A stretch of 64,000 nucleotides of DNA from Phoronis australis (taxonomy: Eukaryota > Animalia > Phoronida), in contig NMRA01000850.1 in the NCBI GenBank assembly GCA_002633005.1, forward strand, positions 56,553 to 120,552. The letters are read 5' to 3'. The notes beneath the pieces are model-generated. The model was not told the origin of the DNA. It saw nothing but the letters and a program-made list of their open reading frames with translations, and did no database searches. Shown piece by piece: positions 47,013 to 60,212 of this stretch; the first letter of the stretch is position 1; every line of letters begins with the position of its first letter. The translations under genes and the position numbers were made by a program.

Positions 47013-50000
47013 ATGGAATCACCGAGGAAAAATACTGTTTCTAGTACATAGAATTGATAATTGTCACCGCTAGTTTACGAAAACATGTGCCTGCTATTGC
47101 GAATACCTGCAAGTCCCATTTGAAAGAAATGAGTAAGACTCTAAACGTGCAATCGGCTGGAGTCACCTGTGGGATTGACAATTCTAATTGTAATGTCATG
47201 CAACCCTTACCGATGCGACGACACACGTGGTGCTGGCAGCCGTTTTTTGAACTCTTGTAAGGGATTAAATGTCCTTGCGGTCTGATGTTTTAGGTATTTC
47301 ATGAATTGCAATCCAGGTTTGAAATATGGTATTCAGGCAACAAGCTAGGTGCAAACGACCTGTCTCTCGAACAGTCTATTGGCTTTTGTCTCGGCTTAAC
47401 CTTTTTCACGAAAACAAGCTAAGGCTGAAAGTCAGAAAGTCTCTCTGACAAGTCGAAGTCATAACACAGAAATCCGTAGTCTGCTCTACTAGACAGACAA
47501 GCGCTTCGAGAAAACTATAGACAAAAACCCCAGTTATTCGTAGATTTCTGACTTTAAGTTATAGTCAAAAGACAAGTCAGTAGTCTCTTCGAGAAACATG
47601 TCTCTAAGCGTTGCATTTTTAATATATAGCAACAAAAATACGTCAATCCTCGTACAATTGTTGTTTTATAAAGAAATCTTACACGTAGATCTAGTGATAA
47701 GGTAGCATTTTCCCGTGCATGACTACAACAAAAGTAACTAATTTGGTTGATAAGCGATCTTGGTGCAACAATTTGAAGTTATTCTTGGTTCAGCAACATT
47801 CATTAATACACACTTCGATAATAGTTTTCACAAATTATCTTCATGTAAATCTGTTGTTTGTAAGCATATACATTGTTGCTAGATTGCATTTCTCCAAAAA
47901 GACGGATTACTGCTCGGACATATAACATCAAATATTATAGCATTTATTAATTAAAGGAAAGTAACTCAAGTATAACGTGGAACTAATGGACGCACTCCGA
48001 TATTTGTGAGCTATAAATTATTCAAGCCCGAACAGAACATTTTGGTTGCACTAAAAAACAAGAGTTGACTATCAATGATTAATAGGTTTATGCAAACACG
48101 TCTGTAATTGGCAACAGTATGTTTGTAATACACTTGGGTCGTATAACGTGCCAGAAGTTAATGAAGGGTTGAACATTTAAACATTGAAAATGATTACCGG
48201 TATCGTAAATGTGAGTGTTCATTGAGTACTTTTTGAATGTGTAATTGATATAGATTCACAGTTCCCTTGTGTGAGCAACACACCTCAGAACATTAAAATG
48301 ATTAGAAATTAATCACTGCGTTAACTGAGCCTGAAAATACGCACTGCTTTGTTACCAAGAACGATTCTACCTGGAGTACGACGGTGAGTTTGCTATTTTA
48401 GTTTCGTGTGGATACACTTTCACTCAATTAGACTCTGGAGAACAACACGCACTCGCATGAACCGGAAGATAAATGGTATTTGTCAAATACATGAAAATGA
48501 CAATGATAAAATAACCACTTTTTAGTTTGCTATTGATCATCTCAGTGTACCAGTACTCATGCTTGTTTTGTCACATCAACCACTAGGTGGCGTGCAAGGA
48601 TTTCACGTGTAACTTCGTGTCACGGACTGGTAACTGCCGGAATATTTTTAATAGCTTGTCATAGATCATTTACAGCTGCCGCATTCGTAAACATAGATTC
48701 TCACTTACAAACACGGCTAACAGTCCTTGTAGGCCTACTATCCACTCACAAACACTGCTTATCGACCGCAAAACACTGCCAGACTTTCAAAACACAGCTA
48801 AAAAACATTGCTCAGTGATTGCCCAACCCAAAACATGGACAATGAATCCCGCGTCACCTTACGTGTTTGACGGTCAGCGAACCGTGTTTGTAAGTCCGGG
48901 CACGAGTTTGAGAGTCGATAACAAAGTTCAGGTCATTCGAACAACACGGCTCATGCAGTCATGGACCTACATGTGGCTTCGCGCTCACGAAGACTGCTCG
49001 CGGCTGCACACCCCAGCAGCAAGGTTCATGTGTCCACCGTTTGCGCATATGTGAACATTTTTGCTCAGAAACGATACACTTTTCAATCACTTGATCCTCG
49101 TTATGAGCTCCTCTCTTATTCACGATACGTAACACATCTTAAAAGTGAACCTTTATTTGCTGTTGTCAATGAAAATAATAGTGACTTACTCCTTAAGGGA
49201 GTTGCACGGGCAGTTCCCTGCTATTCTCAATAATATGAAGAATTTAACTGAAGTTTAACTTTTGGTATGTATCAAAACTAACTGTATTAAGTAATGAAGA
49301 CAAAATAGCAGAGGACACGAAAGTGATCACATTGAAAATTTAAGGAATGTAGTACAGTCCCTATATGGGACTGATTCAACATCCCAATCACAGCTCCGGC
49401 ACTTGGATGTAAACACATTTTCTCGGACCTTGAATAACCTAAATTACAATTAAAACACAATTTTGGCTTAATTTTATCGACATCCAATAAGTAAAACCTC
49501 ACTTAGTGCTTACAATTAATGATAGGATTCATGCCATCTCAAATATCGAGGTTTGGTGACGAATAATAACTGAAAACGAGGTTAAGCAGAGTTTAGAGCA
49601 AGTACTGGAAAATAATGCAGCATTGACTGCGCATGATGTTCTTGCAGCTCTTCATTTTCTGAAAGAATAAAACTTCAAACAGCAAGACTGCCATCAAAAG
49701 CAGGTGCACATGTGCCTTCAGTTAATTAACTGCCGTTGGTGATTTAAAGTTAACTTCCGAGTAAACTTAGTTTCAAACCGTCTGACCTCCGCAAACGTAC
49801 ATAACATTACATTTTGTTGAGGATAGCATGACTTCAAAAGAGTTGAACAGAAGCCAAGGGCAGTTTGCACATGTCTACCGTAAATTGCGACTACATTCAA
49901 AGCTGCACTTATGCACAACTTCCGACAGCTGTTTTCCTGTTTAGTTTGCCAAAGCGCCTCTAGACCTCGCTTACGCAAACCAGTGCTTCCTGTCTTGACC

Positions 50001-51949
50001 ACAGGCGTCCTCAGCTTATGATCGTCCCCAATACATTATATGTATACTACAAGATATGACACTCGGGACTAGAAATTTCAAGGGTGCTTCACTTCAGCCG
50101 TCCATAGCAAACACAAAACTCAATAAATTTACACAAAACAGAGGTTCAGCAAACCATGAGGAATTGTTCTTTCTCTCAATACCATTTACGGTGTCCTGCT
50201 CCACCGAGTTTGCAAGAAATTCGAGGACAAAGCACAAAAATCTTCCCAAAAAGCCCGTACGGACCAAATCCCGTGTCCCACGCGAGTCGGTTCCAGGTCA
50301 AGGACGGTACGGAATTATCCACCATCTTGTTTTTCGCCACAATGGTTATCGGTTGAAAAACTAGCGCCCCAAGCGGCGAATAAGCAACACTAATTTAGAG
50401 GCGGAGTCCGAACTATGTAAACACTGAGAAATTCATACGTTCGACGTGCAATAAAATCACTGTGTTTGAAGATGGGTGAAATACGTAAGCTAACATTCAC
50501 TTATAATCGAATGAGAATGAAAATGTATGTTTTAATCAATATTAAAGTGTATTTGCTTTCATCCCTTCAAAAGCCATCATTATTTTGTTTCTTGTTTGAG
50601 TTCTTAATAAGGCAAATTATCGAAAGTTCCTTATAACATTTCATACCTCCACGGACTACATAGTTTTACTGATTGCTCCTGGGGGTTCAGAGGAAAGATG
50701 TCCCCAAATGCCCGCAAAGGGGGTACAAGGGAGTAGTGAAAACCAGGTAAAAACCAGGTGGGTGCCAAGTGGGTGTTGACCCCCTCCCAGGGGGTACATG
50801 GGAGGAGTGCTAAACAAGTAAAAACCAATGGATGTAAAGCCCCTTACATCGTCACAAATTTTGGTTGCTCACCTGACCATTGACTACATGTGCTGAGGTG
50901 GTGATAAGATTTGGCCCTCGTTTTGTGTATTGGACCCCCCAAGGACATTTTGGAATGACCGATGGCCAGGGCCCTGTGGTTATGTCAGTACCATCCTGGG
51001 TGTTTTCCAACTTTTCATTACATGGTGCTCCTAGCTCACTGAAGAAGAATGCAAGGCAATTCATCACTATCACAACATTGTAATCCTTTCTGATGCTCTC
51101 TCACACGTACTTTTTAGAACATTCCAGTATTTCTTAGTGCTATGCCAGTACAGGGTAAATTCCCCACTCCCTCACTATAATCACCAATAGTTACAAGTCA
51201 GTTGCTAATCTGTAGAATAGCTCACAACTTACAAAATGTATTAACATTGAGTATATCATTACTCATAGCTGGTCAACGTTCAAAATGACATGATAAAATA
51301 TTTTAAGAGGTACTGAACAGCAATCAAAATATTCACTACCCATACAACTTCATACAAAACTGAACTAAAGGACCAAAATTTAATGACATATACCCACTGT
51401 TCCTCCTATCAATAACAGTAAATATTTCAGGTAAGTTACAGCCTGATCACGAGATCATATCTGCTACCTAGCCGCAACTGGGGTTTAAATTAATCATAAT
51501 CTCCAAAAACGTACAAAATAGACAACACATACACCAAGACAACAAGAAAATCTGACCTAGTTTCTCACTCTCTATTAATTTGCTAGTAAAATAATACAGC
51601 TCTTTTCGCTAAAGAAATGCGTTATAAATAAAGCTGAAAATTAATTTACTCACAGAGATATTTGTCATCAAGAAGCAAACTAATTCTGATAGCTTGATTT
51701 TATCAAAATTTCAGCCCTCCATTCATACTCTGAAAGATCCACCAATTTCACTTTGACTCTCCGAGTCACAAGCTTACCTTTCATAAAATGTTTCAATCTG
51801 ATCAACCTAGTAAAAATTTGAAAAAAAGGTTTTGACCAATTGTCCTTTCTACACGTGATGTCCAAGTAAATACTTGTTTTGTGAGACAATAATCAGACAT
51901 GCAAATAACTCTATTCCCGAGCCGTAATGCACATAATTTCGGGAGAACG

Positions 51950-52136
51950 TTTTGACATCTTCATTTTTGGTGGATTCAGGACATCAAATATTGTTGGCAC
52001 TGCATCCATACCAGCTTGTTCTTCATAAGAGCATTCCTGAATATGAACTCCTCGAAGTGACGAGAGCATACCTTTCATTTCTTGGACAAGTAGGCTGCAT
52101 CTCTATTCATAAGTTCGGTTCCCAGCGCTTGCACCT
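51950..52136 (-). pseudogene. THAP zinc-finger remnant (P- or hAT-type transposase N-terminus)
   Basis: RCKRW...KVCSRHFEEFIFRNALMKNKLVW, then a frameshift, then DAVPTIFDVLNPP. This has the conserved W, CSxHF and the AVPTIF box. Confidence 0.8.
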
Positions 52137-54519
52137 CAAACAGAAATCAATGAGAGACTCAGGAACAAACCTCATACTAGGCTCATAGAAGACTGGTAGC
52201 TTACACTTCATAACACTACAATAGTCCTGTCGTACTGTACCTGTGATAGAGACAAAACCGTCTTGGTGTCAACTAAAAAACTAGGACTCAAATGTCGATC
52301 CAGGGATTTTTTAGGGCCGCGCTTCGCATTATTGGCGCATAGAATTAAGTTTTCATTGAAGCACCGGTGTTGCTTAACTTGGACCAACTGGCACATTAAA
52401 ATTATGTCGATTTTTTCACCGAGACCCACAGATTCTCTAACTTGACAAATAGTCATAGATATAGATTTGTGGCCTGTGGCTGTGACTGTGGCCGCGTCAC
52501 CAGTCGTATTGACCCATGGCCATGGGTATGTTTTTCTACACTGCAGACGACAGTGGCACCGGGACTGTTGTCGACGTGTCTTCCAACCGAGAACAGAACA
52601 CACAAAATGGGTACCCTTCAGACAAGTGGAAGTCGGCAAACTCAAGCTCTAGTTGGGAATGACACATTTTATTCTAAATTTCTGAAACCTAGAGTGCAAG
52701 AGCATTTGGATTCTTGCATCTTCTCCTGCACACGGGCTGTCGTAAATTTATGGGTTTACATGTAGGTACAAAAAACCCAAATCGTAACTTTTTGATCATT
52801 TTTGGGTTCATTACTTTCCAGTGGACGTAGAAAGGCATTAAGACATAGCTCTGTTGAATTTCTCCATCTGTGAGAAACGCCATTGAGTGTGCGCTCTGTA
52901 AGTTATACCTTTTTCAGGTGTCTTGAGACAGCTTGAAAACAAGGGCTTTCATTGAACCAGACCAGTGACAATAAGGGTTGTCAAAGGACGATTTTCAACA
53001 TTTGGTCACGTAAATTGTACTGGTAAGGGACCAAATAACATTTAAATGGACAATTAAAGTATGAACTTGTTGAGATCTTTGGTTTTCAGTATATTTTCGC
53101 TCAAAAGTTATTGTCACCTCTCAGCACTAACTGGTTTTAGCCATCAAGGATCAAAAGGAGAGTCTTCTTATGATTCCTAGCTCTGAATCTAGAGACTCCA
53201 TCTTTGTCCCGCTGAAGTTGAAAGACCCAAACCCCTGGAAAATTTCTTTTTTATTGTTTCGATTTTTTGTTTACTTCGCCAACGGGTTCAGTTTGCTTTC
53301 AACCCTTGTCGCTAGTCTCCTGCACAGACCCTCGAGGTTGGTTGGGGTCTGCTACAGCGCACTTTTCCATATGCATTCTTGGAATATCATTGGCTGTTCC
53401 GATTTCAAGAAACAAGGCATTCTATTGGTCAGTTGAATAATAGGTCAAACTAGTTCACTAACATGGCGACTTCCAGTACGGGAAGAATGTCGATGGATTT
53501 ATAGCTGTTTAAACCTCTCTGTTCTCGTCAAACTTCCGCATTTCAAAGCTAACGAGTCAAGGAATATATCAGCAGTAACGTATACGAAACATTTAATGAT
53601 AATTATTATCTTGTATACTATGCTGTATTCTGAAGTGATGTGATTTTTTACGAAATAATTTGTGGAAGAGATAGGCTGATTAGGGGATTAGGCCATTCAC
53701 AACAACACTGAACAACAGTCATTTTAGGCACACTATAGCACCGAATAGCGGGAAAGGAGTAGCTAAGTGCGTCGTGGCCACGGGAGATTGCCTCGATCTT
53801 TTCAGGGCACACCCTCTCGTATGTTAACATGTTCATGTACGTTATGTAAGCTCCCGTGATTACCGTGAAGGTTGAATTATTGGGTCAGATAAGATCTGAT
53901 AAGGATATGTGCTGAAATACTGCTATTCATGACATTGACATTGTCATTGTAATGTATAGTACACTGGCACACTTGTCACTACCCACAGAAGTTAGGAGCA
54001 TAAAAAATACAGTCAATGGTCCTAAACACTCAAACATTAACCAGTCTAGCAATAGTTTTATAATGACTGACATCGCTTTTGTCGGTGCCATTCAGCAGTG
54101 CCTCTGTCTCTGACTGCCATACTACAGTCGTACAAAGTATTCAATTATTTCAGAGGGTGTTTGTTTTTGTGAAATTAGGATTAAACACACTCTTTTGTAT
54201 AGTCAGCAAGATAAAACCTCACCCTTTTTTGAGTTGGCACAGTGATTAAAAATGACCCATTTTGGTGAGAGCCTCAATAGAAGAATCAACTTTTCTGATA
54301 ACATAATTATGCAAAGTTATTATTTACAGGGAATTGAATTTCAGCAAAAAGCTCTCTGGGCTGTATTCTTTTTAAAACAACAAACCTCAGTTGCATATGA
54401 AACCTTCAGTGGTTTCGGCGCTAAAATGGATCATTTTGTACAGACCAAAAAGTAAATATTTTTGTGTGGAATTTATTTGGAAATTCACCCTTTCATGGTG
54501 ACTTTTGCAATTCCCAAGT

Positions 54520-55260
54520 CACTGGTCAGAGTGTCACATTTGGTCATATGAAATCTATGCAAGTCTCCTCTTTCCTGGACCCCGAATGGTCGACTGTTTC
54601 ATTTTTTCTTTCCACGTTCACATGATGTCAAGTGTAGTAGAGTTTGCAACAATCATCTATTAATATCAGTCTAATTGCAAAACAAGATCTCAGAACCATT
54701 CTAAAACATTCTGAAACTACTAAGGTTCGCTGTAATCAAAGCATCCTGGAGTTAGACATTGTAAGCAAGCGATCTTTAAAAACCTGGTTTGTTAAAATGA
54801 CTATTAGTTGCAAAAACATCTCACATTTCAAAATTGGGAGCTCAGGGTACTTCAAAGATTTTAAGCTGGGTCACTTAACCCAAATTGACAGTTTCTTGTG
54901 CGTTACTTGGGTGGAATTGCTGTCCAGGCAATAGTCACTCACTAGCAATCCAAATTTTGAGAACAAGTTTTAACGCCTGCTATTCAGTGAAAAATAGGTT
55001 CCTGTTATACAGTAGAAAACACTGGATCTCAAAGTGGGGGTATGTTACTATTACCATTATGTTTTGCTCAGTGAGCAACATGCTAGTGTTTCATTCTTGT
55101 GATCTACATAATACAGCAGTGATTTTAGTCAACATTTCGGTCTTTTCGAACAGTTTTTCAAAATTAACAAATTTGACTCTTAATGAGGGGGCCTCCTCGT
55201 GGCAAGAGTTGGGCAGTGTGAAATGCTTCAGAACATTCGCACTGGCAAACACCCTCACGT
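54520..55260 (-). mobile_element. Possible decayed P-element/THAP9-like transposase C-terminal exon
   Basis: Broken-frame minus-strand fragments (LYCITGTY, TCSQ..DYCL, SLKYP..CEMF) resemble the LYYIAGY..CxxC..L.YPS..E..F pattern. The resemblance is weak. Confidence 0.3.
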
Positions 55261-57232
55261 TGACATCATTAATGTGTTCCTAGAAATAGTATAACCATAA
55301 GGTACAAAACACGCAGCATGCCAAGAAATTTATCAAACCATTGGGAACTTTATTTTGCTGATGTATTGATAAGAAATATGGTTTAGTTTAGCGATAGACT
55401 GAAGTACTAAGTCTGGGCATTAACATAGCCGTGGGTGCACAACAGGGCTATCCCCTCCTCATTGCAAACCCTTCTCCTGATAGAAACTCTTTTCAGTTTT
55501 ATTCTTGCCTAGCTTCCGTGTCCCTGTCCCCTGTTCATGCAGTGCTTCCAAGTTGCCTCACATTACAGTCATTGGTTGCCAACAATTTCAAGTTAAGCAA
55601 CCTGTTGAATAATTCTGACTACACCAGTGCTGCTATGGGAATAGGTTACTAAAGACCCGACTGCCATTCAAGTTGCACATTCCCTGCCTTGTGAAAGCAT
55701 AAACCATTATGAAATTAACACCTGGGCCCTGAGTTTCAACTTTTTACTCAGAATTATTTTTGTTATTTTCTATTCTAGTCTTGTTTGAACTTGAGATAAG
55801 TTTCTTTTATTCTATGTGTTTATCAATGTCAATTAATGATCCCAGCATTAGAGCTAAGAGCTCGAGTAAGAGGTTTTGCTAGAAATCTCGAGTTTTTACT
55901 CAAATTTTAGCTTGAATCTAGTGGTCATTAAGTACTAGCTTGATCTCCCAAGAAAGTGGACTAGAAGTGACAAAACGATTTCGAGTTCGATTTGGATTGA
56001 AAGTTTCACTCTAGAGGTGTATTCCCAAAACATGATTGCATAATCCCTTTTCAGGGTTTTAAATCAATCCATACAAGACTGGGCTGGAATCTGTTTAGCC
56101 CAAAAAGCATTTAAATGCTACGTGGAGAATAATAAAACATCTGTACTAAACTGTGTTGAAAAAATGAACCCTTTTGAAGTTCCTTATCCACTAATTGTAC
56201 CATTTTTCTAGCTGCTATTAACCCAACCTCTTTTTAGAATCGTCATGTAACAATATAAGATTGGTCTGGTACAAACAATGTTGTTTTTGGCCAAATTAGT
56301 AGCAAAAATCAGAAGCACTCACATGAAGATTGGCATTGGATTTGGATACTAGTGTCTGATGTCACTCTTCATGTGTGCGCTTGTGATTAGACTCTTGATC
56401 TTGTACTGTTCCTTACTGAGATCACATGTGGTATATCGGCTTCGGTTGAACTGATAGTTTGTTACTGCTGAAAAACTGGTGCAATAACTATGGCTTTGAG
56501 CAATAACAAAGTTTGAATTCTTCCAAGTCCACTAAGGAACAAGTTGAGACAGGGATATATACAGGGCTTGGAATTTTCCTTTTTTGTTTTTATTTCCTCT
56601 TATTCGATTTCCAGCTTCTTTTTTATCATCATTTTTTGGCTAACTTGATTCATGCAAAAACATTTATTTCAGTTTAATTTTACAACACAAAAATATTTCT
56701 ATCACACAAGCCTATTTGTGAAATTATAGATCACCTGGAAATTTTTCTTCTTATAGTCATTCCAATTCCTGTATATAGTGGTAAGTTGTTCAGATCAAAA
56801 TTTATTCTTTTTCACATAAGACGCATTTATAGCAACTTTAAGGGATTTAATTCGAAGGAAATCTGGAAGCTAGAAGACACTGTCTGATAAGCACATTCTA
56901 AAATAAAAATTGTGCTTGTACTTTCCAAGANGTTTTTTAAATACGATACCTGTATTTTTAAAACCTTGGACACCATACTCAGTTTTGACAACAGGAATCT
57001 CTGAGCCGACTTCTTCAAGGTTAATGGGTGAAAAAGACAGCTGTCCAAGAATTGCTACGAAAGGATTCAGTTGTTAGCATTAGCTCCTATAAAATGAGTG
57101 TGTATTTGAAACATTAGGCTACAATTTTATTGAAGTCCAAACCTCGGACCACAAACATAATGTTTTTTTTTAGCCACTGTCTAAATGGGTGGAGATTCTT
57201 CTAGTACCAGATATGCAAAAAACTAAAGGTTA

Positions 57233-57669
57233 GGGCCCATTTGGAACACCTCTCGGGTATTTTCATAGCTACAAATTTACCCTCGGAACATCTGGAGCAC
57301 CTCGGCTATTTTCCTACTTACATGTACAAATAATTTTTCTTAGAAACACTTCAGGTATTTTCGTAGCCTCAATTATCCTCTCGGAGATGAATGTTATCCA
57401 AAATATGGCAAGTCACATGATTTTCAATATTGACAATAATAGGCTAACTGAAGTCCGCACACATGCAGAGAGCGTTCACCTATTAGGTGAAATTTGAGGT
57501 TATGAAAACACCCGAGGTGTTCTGGATGCCCTTGGAAGTTAATGTTTTCAGTGCATGCTCGAACTTTATGGCCAATCATTCTCCACTAAGTTTGATAATC
57601 ACAAAGGTTAAATTCACCTTCAATGAGAAGTTTGAGGTCCCGAATATACCCAAGGTGATCTGAATGGCT
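57233..57669. mobile_element. Harbinger-like MITE with internal inverted subrepeats
   Basis: TTA|GGGCCCATT start; three CACCTCGG(G)TATTTTC-like units on the left mirrored by GAAAACACCCGAGGTG-like units on the right. Confidence 0.5.
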
Positions 57670-57871
57670 TAGGACCCTCAAGTTGTGCAGGGTCCCACCT
57701 CAAAAAGGGAAATGGGGAAGAAAAAATTAGTATGTCAACGAGGTGAGGGGTGTAGCTTGAGAATTTTGGCTACCTGAAGGGTCGAAAATTGTGTTGTTCC
57801 AGGAGGTGAAGACTGTGTAGGCTGCAAAGTGGTGGAAATTGAGTGCCAGCAGTGTTTACTGTAACACTGTA

Positions 57872-58033
57872 CAAAGACGGATAGGGGGAAGGGGGGTATG
57901 CGGCAAGGGAGCCATGGCCCTGCCTAAAATTCTCCCAGATTCCATTTGGTAGTTTGGGGGTGCAAATGTCTGACGGGCAAAATACTCTGTCCTTGGCCCA
58001 CCCCCCTCACTCAAAATCCTGGATCATCCCCTG
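57872..58033. mobile_element. hAT-like MITE with 5-bp TSD, copy 3 (older)
   Basis: Shared core CCTAAAATTCTCCCAGATTCCATTTGG..GGTGC.AATGTCTGACGG; TSD CTGTA at 57867-57871 and 58034-58038. Confidence 0.75.
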
Positions 58034-58228
58034 CTGTAAGATCTTGCAGCAGGGGAGGGGCCAGGATTTCGGATGTTTTCAATTCGTAAAAAGCGTTCAA
58101 AAATGAAACTGAAAAATGCCAAGTGAAAAGAGTGAAGCCATTGTTAATTCAGGTTTATTTTCCTTATAAGTAATCGATAATTACATGATTTTACTTCAGT
58201 TATTTGGTAATATCACAACATATAAACA

Positions 58229-58500
58229 GTTACCTCACCAGAGCGTTCCCCCCGACCGCAAACGCGACCCAGTCGCAAAATAACTTTACTCTAGGGACAC
58301 CTAGCGACCTGATAACGTAATACCCGATGCCAGCATGCGCAGAGCAAACTTCCTGGTTAAAAATTGCCATCTGACAGCCAATGAAAACCATCGTTCTAGT
58401 GCGCTGTACCTGGGCCTTCACAAGCAATCCGTGACGTCAGCTTGTGAGGCCCGGGAACCAGGTTACCCTTGTCGCCTGCTGTTTGAGAAACCGGGTAAGA
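58229..58500. promoter_or_regulatory. Candidate bidirectional promoter
   Basis: CpG-rich patch with GCATGCGCA (NRF1-like), CCAAT and TGACGTCA (CRE), bracketed by outward-facing splice donors (minus GAG|GTAAC at ~58233; plus CGG|GTAAGA at 58495). Confidence 0.4.
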
Positions 58501-60212
58501 TTTCAGGTGGTTGTAAAACACTTTAAAATTGCCAAGTGGCAGCTGATTAGGAGCGTATTATGTTCACATTTTTAGAATCTAGAGAGAACGAGGATTCTAA
58601 ATCTGCAGTCAGATTTGTTTTAGCATTTGCTGGGAAGTGAGTGGTAATTTTGGAGAGATAACTGTCAAATTTGATGTTTTTGGTCCTATTTCTCTATGCC
58701 GGAATTTCTTTTGCTGTGAATTAATCGATTAAAAATCTGTAGCATAATTAAGTTTCAGTTTTCATAAGTAGTACTTGTAAACTGAGAATGTCACAAAACC
58801 CTCTGTTTTCTCAGGCTCTTGATAAGGACGGGAGGAAAGGACTCATTTCCAGTTAGGTGTGCGTCGCCGGGAAGCCAAATCCCTGCAATAACTGTAGTGA
58901 GCCACTTCCCAGACACCCTCGACGACTACCCTTGTACCCAGTGAAATATGAAAACTAGGTCAGCAGGTGTGTTGAAATTGATTAAATCAACGTTTCACAA
59001 AACACAGTCGCTTACAGCACGCCAACTGTTACAAATTCTCAAGCCTTGAGAGTTGCAAATTTATGTGTGCACCAACACTTTCAGAAATCACATCTTACAG
59101 TTTCAGAACTCAAAAAATGTGTTGAAAAGTCAAATCAACGGATTTAAACGCGCAGTATAACGCTTTTTGATTTCTGGGTTTGTCATTCTTTTGCTTGAGT
59201 GTTTTATGTATTCTTCAATAAATATATATCACCTTAAAAACGCACAGTATCTATTATATATCAAGTGTATTTTTCTTCCAGCATTGTTGAGTTATTTCAA
59301 ATTTAAGTCATAATTATTGCCAATGCAAAATCCCGGCTTCATACGTCAGGATGCAGCTGTAATTTATGAACAAGAACGCACTTTTGTTCTCAAAACTGAA
59401 AACTGATTTATAACGAAAATGCAGATGTTGTCTACAGTTGCCCTACATAGGCAGATTTACGGGCACCCAGGTAACCCCCTACATGTACGTACACAACATT
59501 CGAACGCTGCAGGGCCACGGGATATAGGGCAAGGGAACTATATCACCCTCAGCGCATGTTTAAGATAAGTTCTTGTCCGCTCGTGGTGCGCTTTTCGTTC
59601 CCATCTTTCAAAGGATTTTGAATTTATCTAAGGCTTATAATATTTTCAATGCCGTCTAGTTTGTACCGCTATTTTTTACATTGAGGTTATTTGGGACCCT
59701 AACAATATGTGCATTTGGGTTATTTTGAAACATCATATCTCAAAAATAGCCAATGAGATTCAAATGAAAAAGACACTTAGCCTCATGCATTGTTCTCCAA
59801 AACGAGGTTAGGGATTGGTTTTAAATTGATCTACTTTTACACGAAGGGCCATAAAAAGTAGGACGAATGTGATTTTGATGAAAAAAATCAAAAGTTGAAT
59901 GAAACGAAAATGAAACGATGATTTAGAAAACAGATGCGTTACGGAGTGCTTTGCGATACCATCTTGAACATTTGTGTGACTCAAACTAAATTTGTTCACG
60001 TTATTGATGCCCTTGTTTTGCAATCTCTTTTTTATTGTTAAATTTTACGAAAAAGACATGGTCACGTGTTCCAGTCAATGACGTATTGGTATTGAGTCAA
60101 AATCTAATTAATGTGGCTTACGCATACATGTAGTTTCCTTTTCGTCGGTGGAACATGTGCTTGTGCCGCATATCATTACTGTCGCTACATGTATTAACCA
60201 TAATATTTTGAT

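Noticed and set aside
59003-59120. CACAGT end as an RSS/ProtoRAG terminus
   Set aside because: The heptamer is imperfect (CACAGTC), and no nonamer, partner TIR or RAG-like coding sequence was found.
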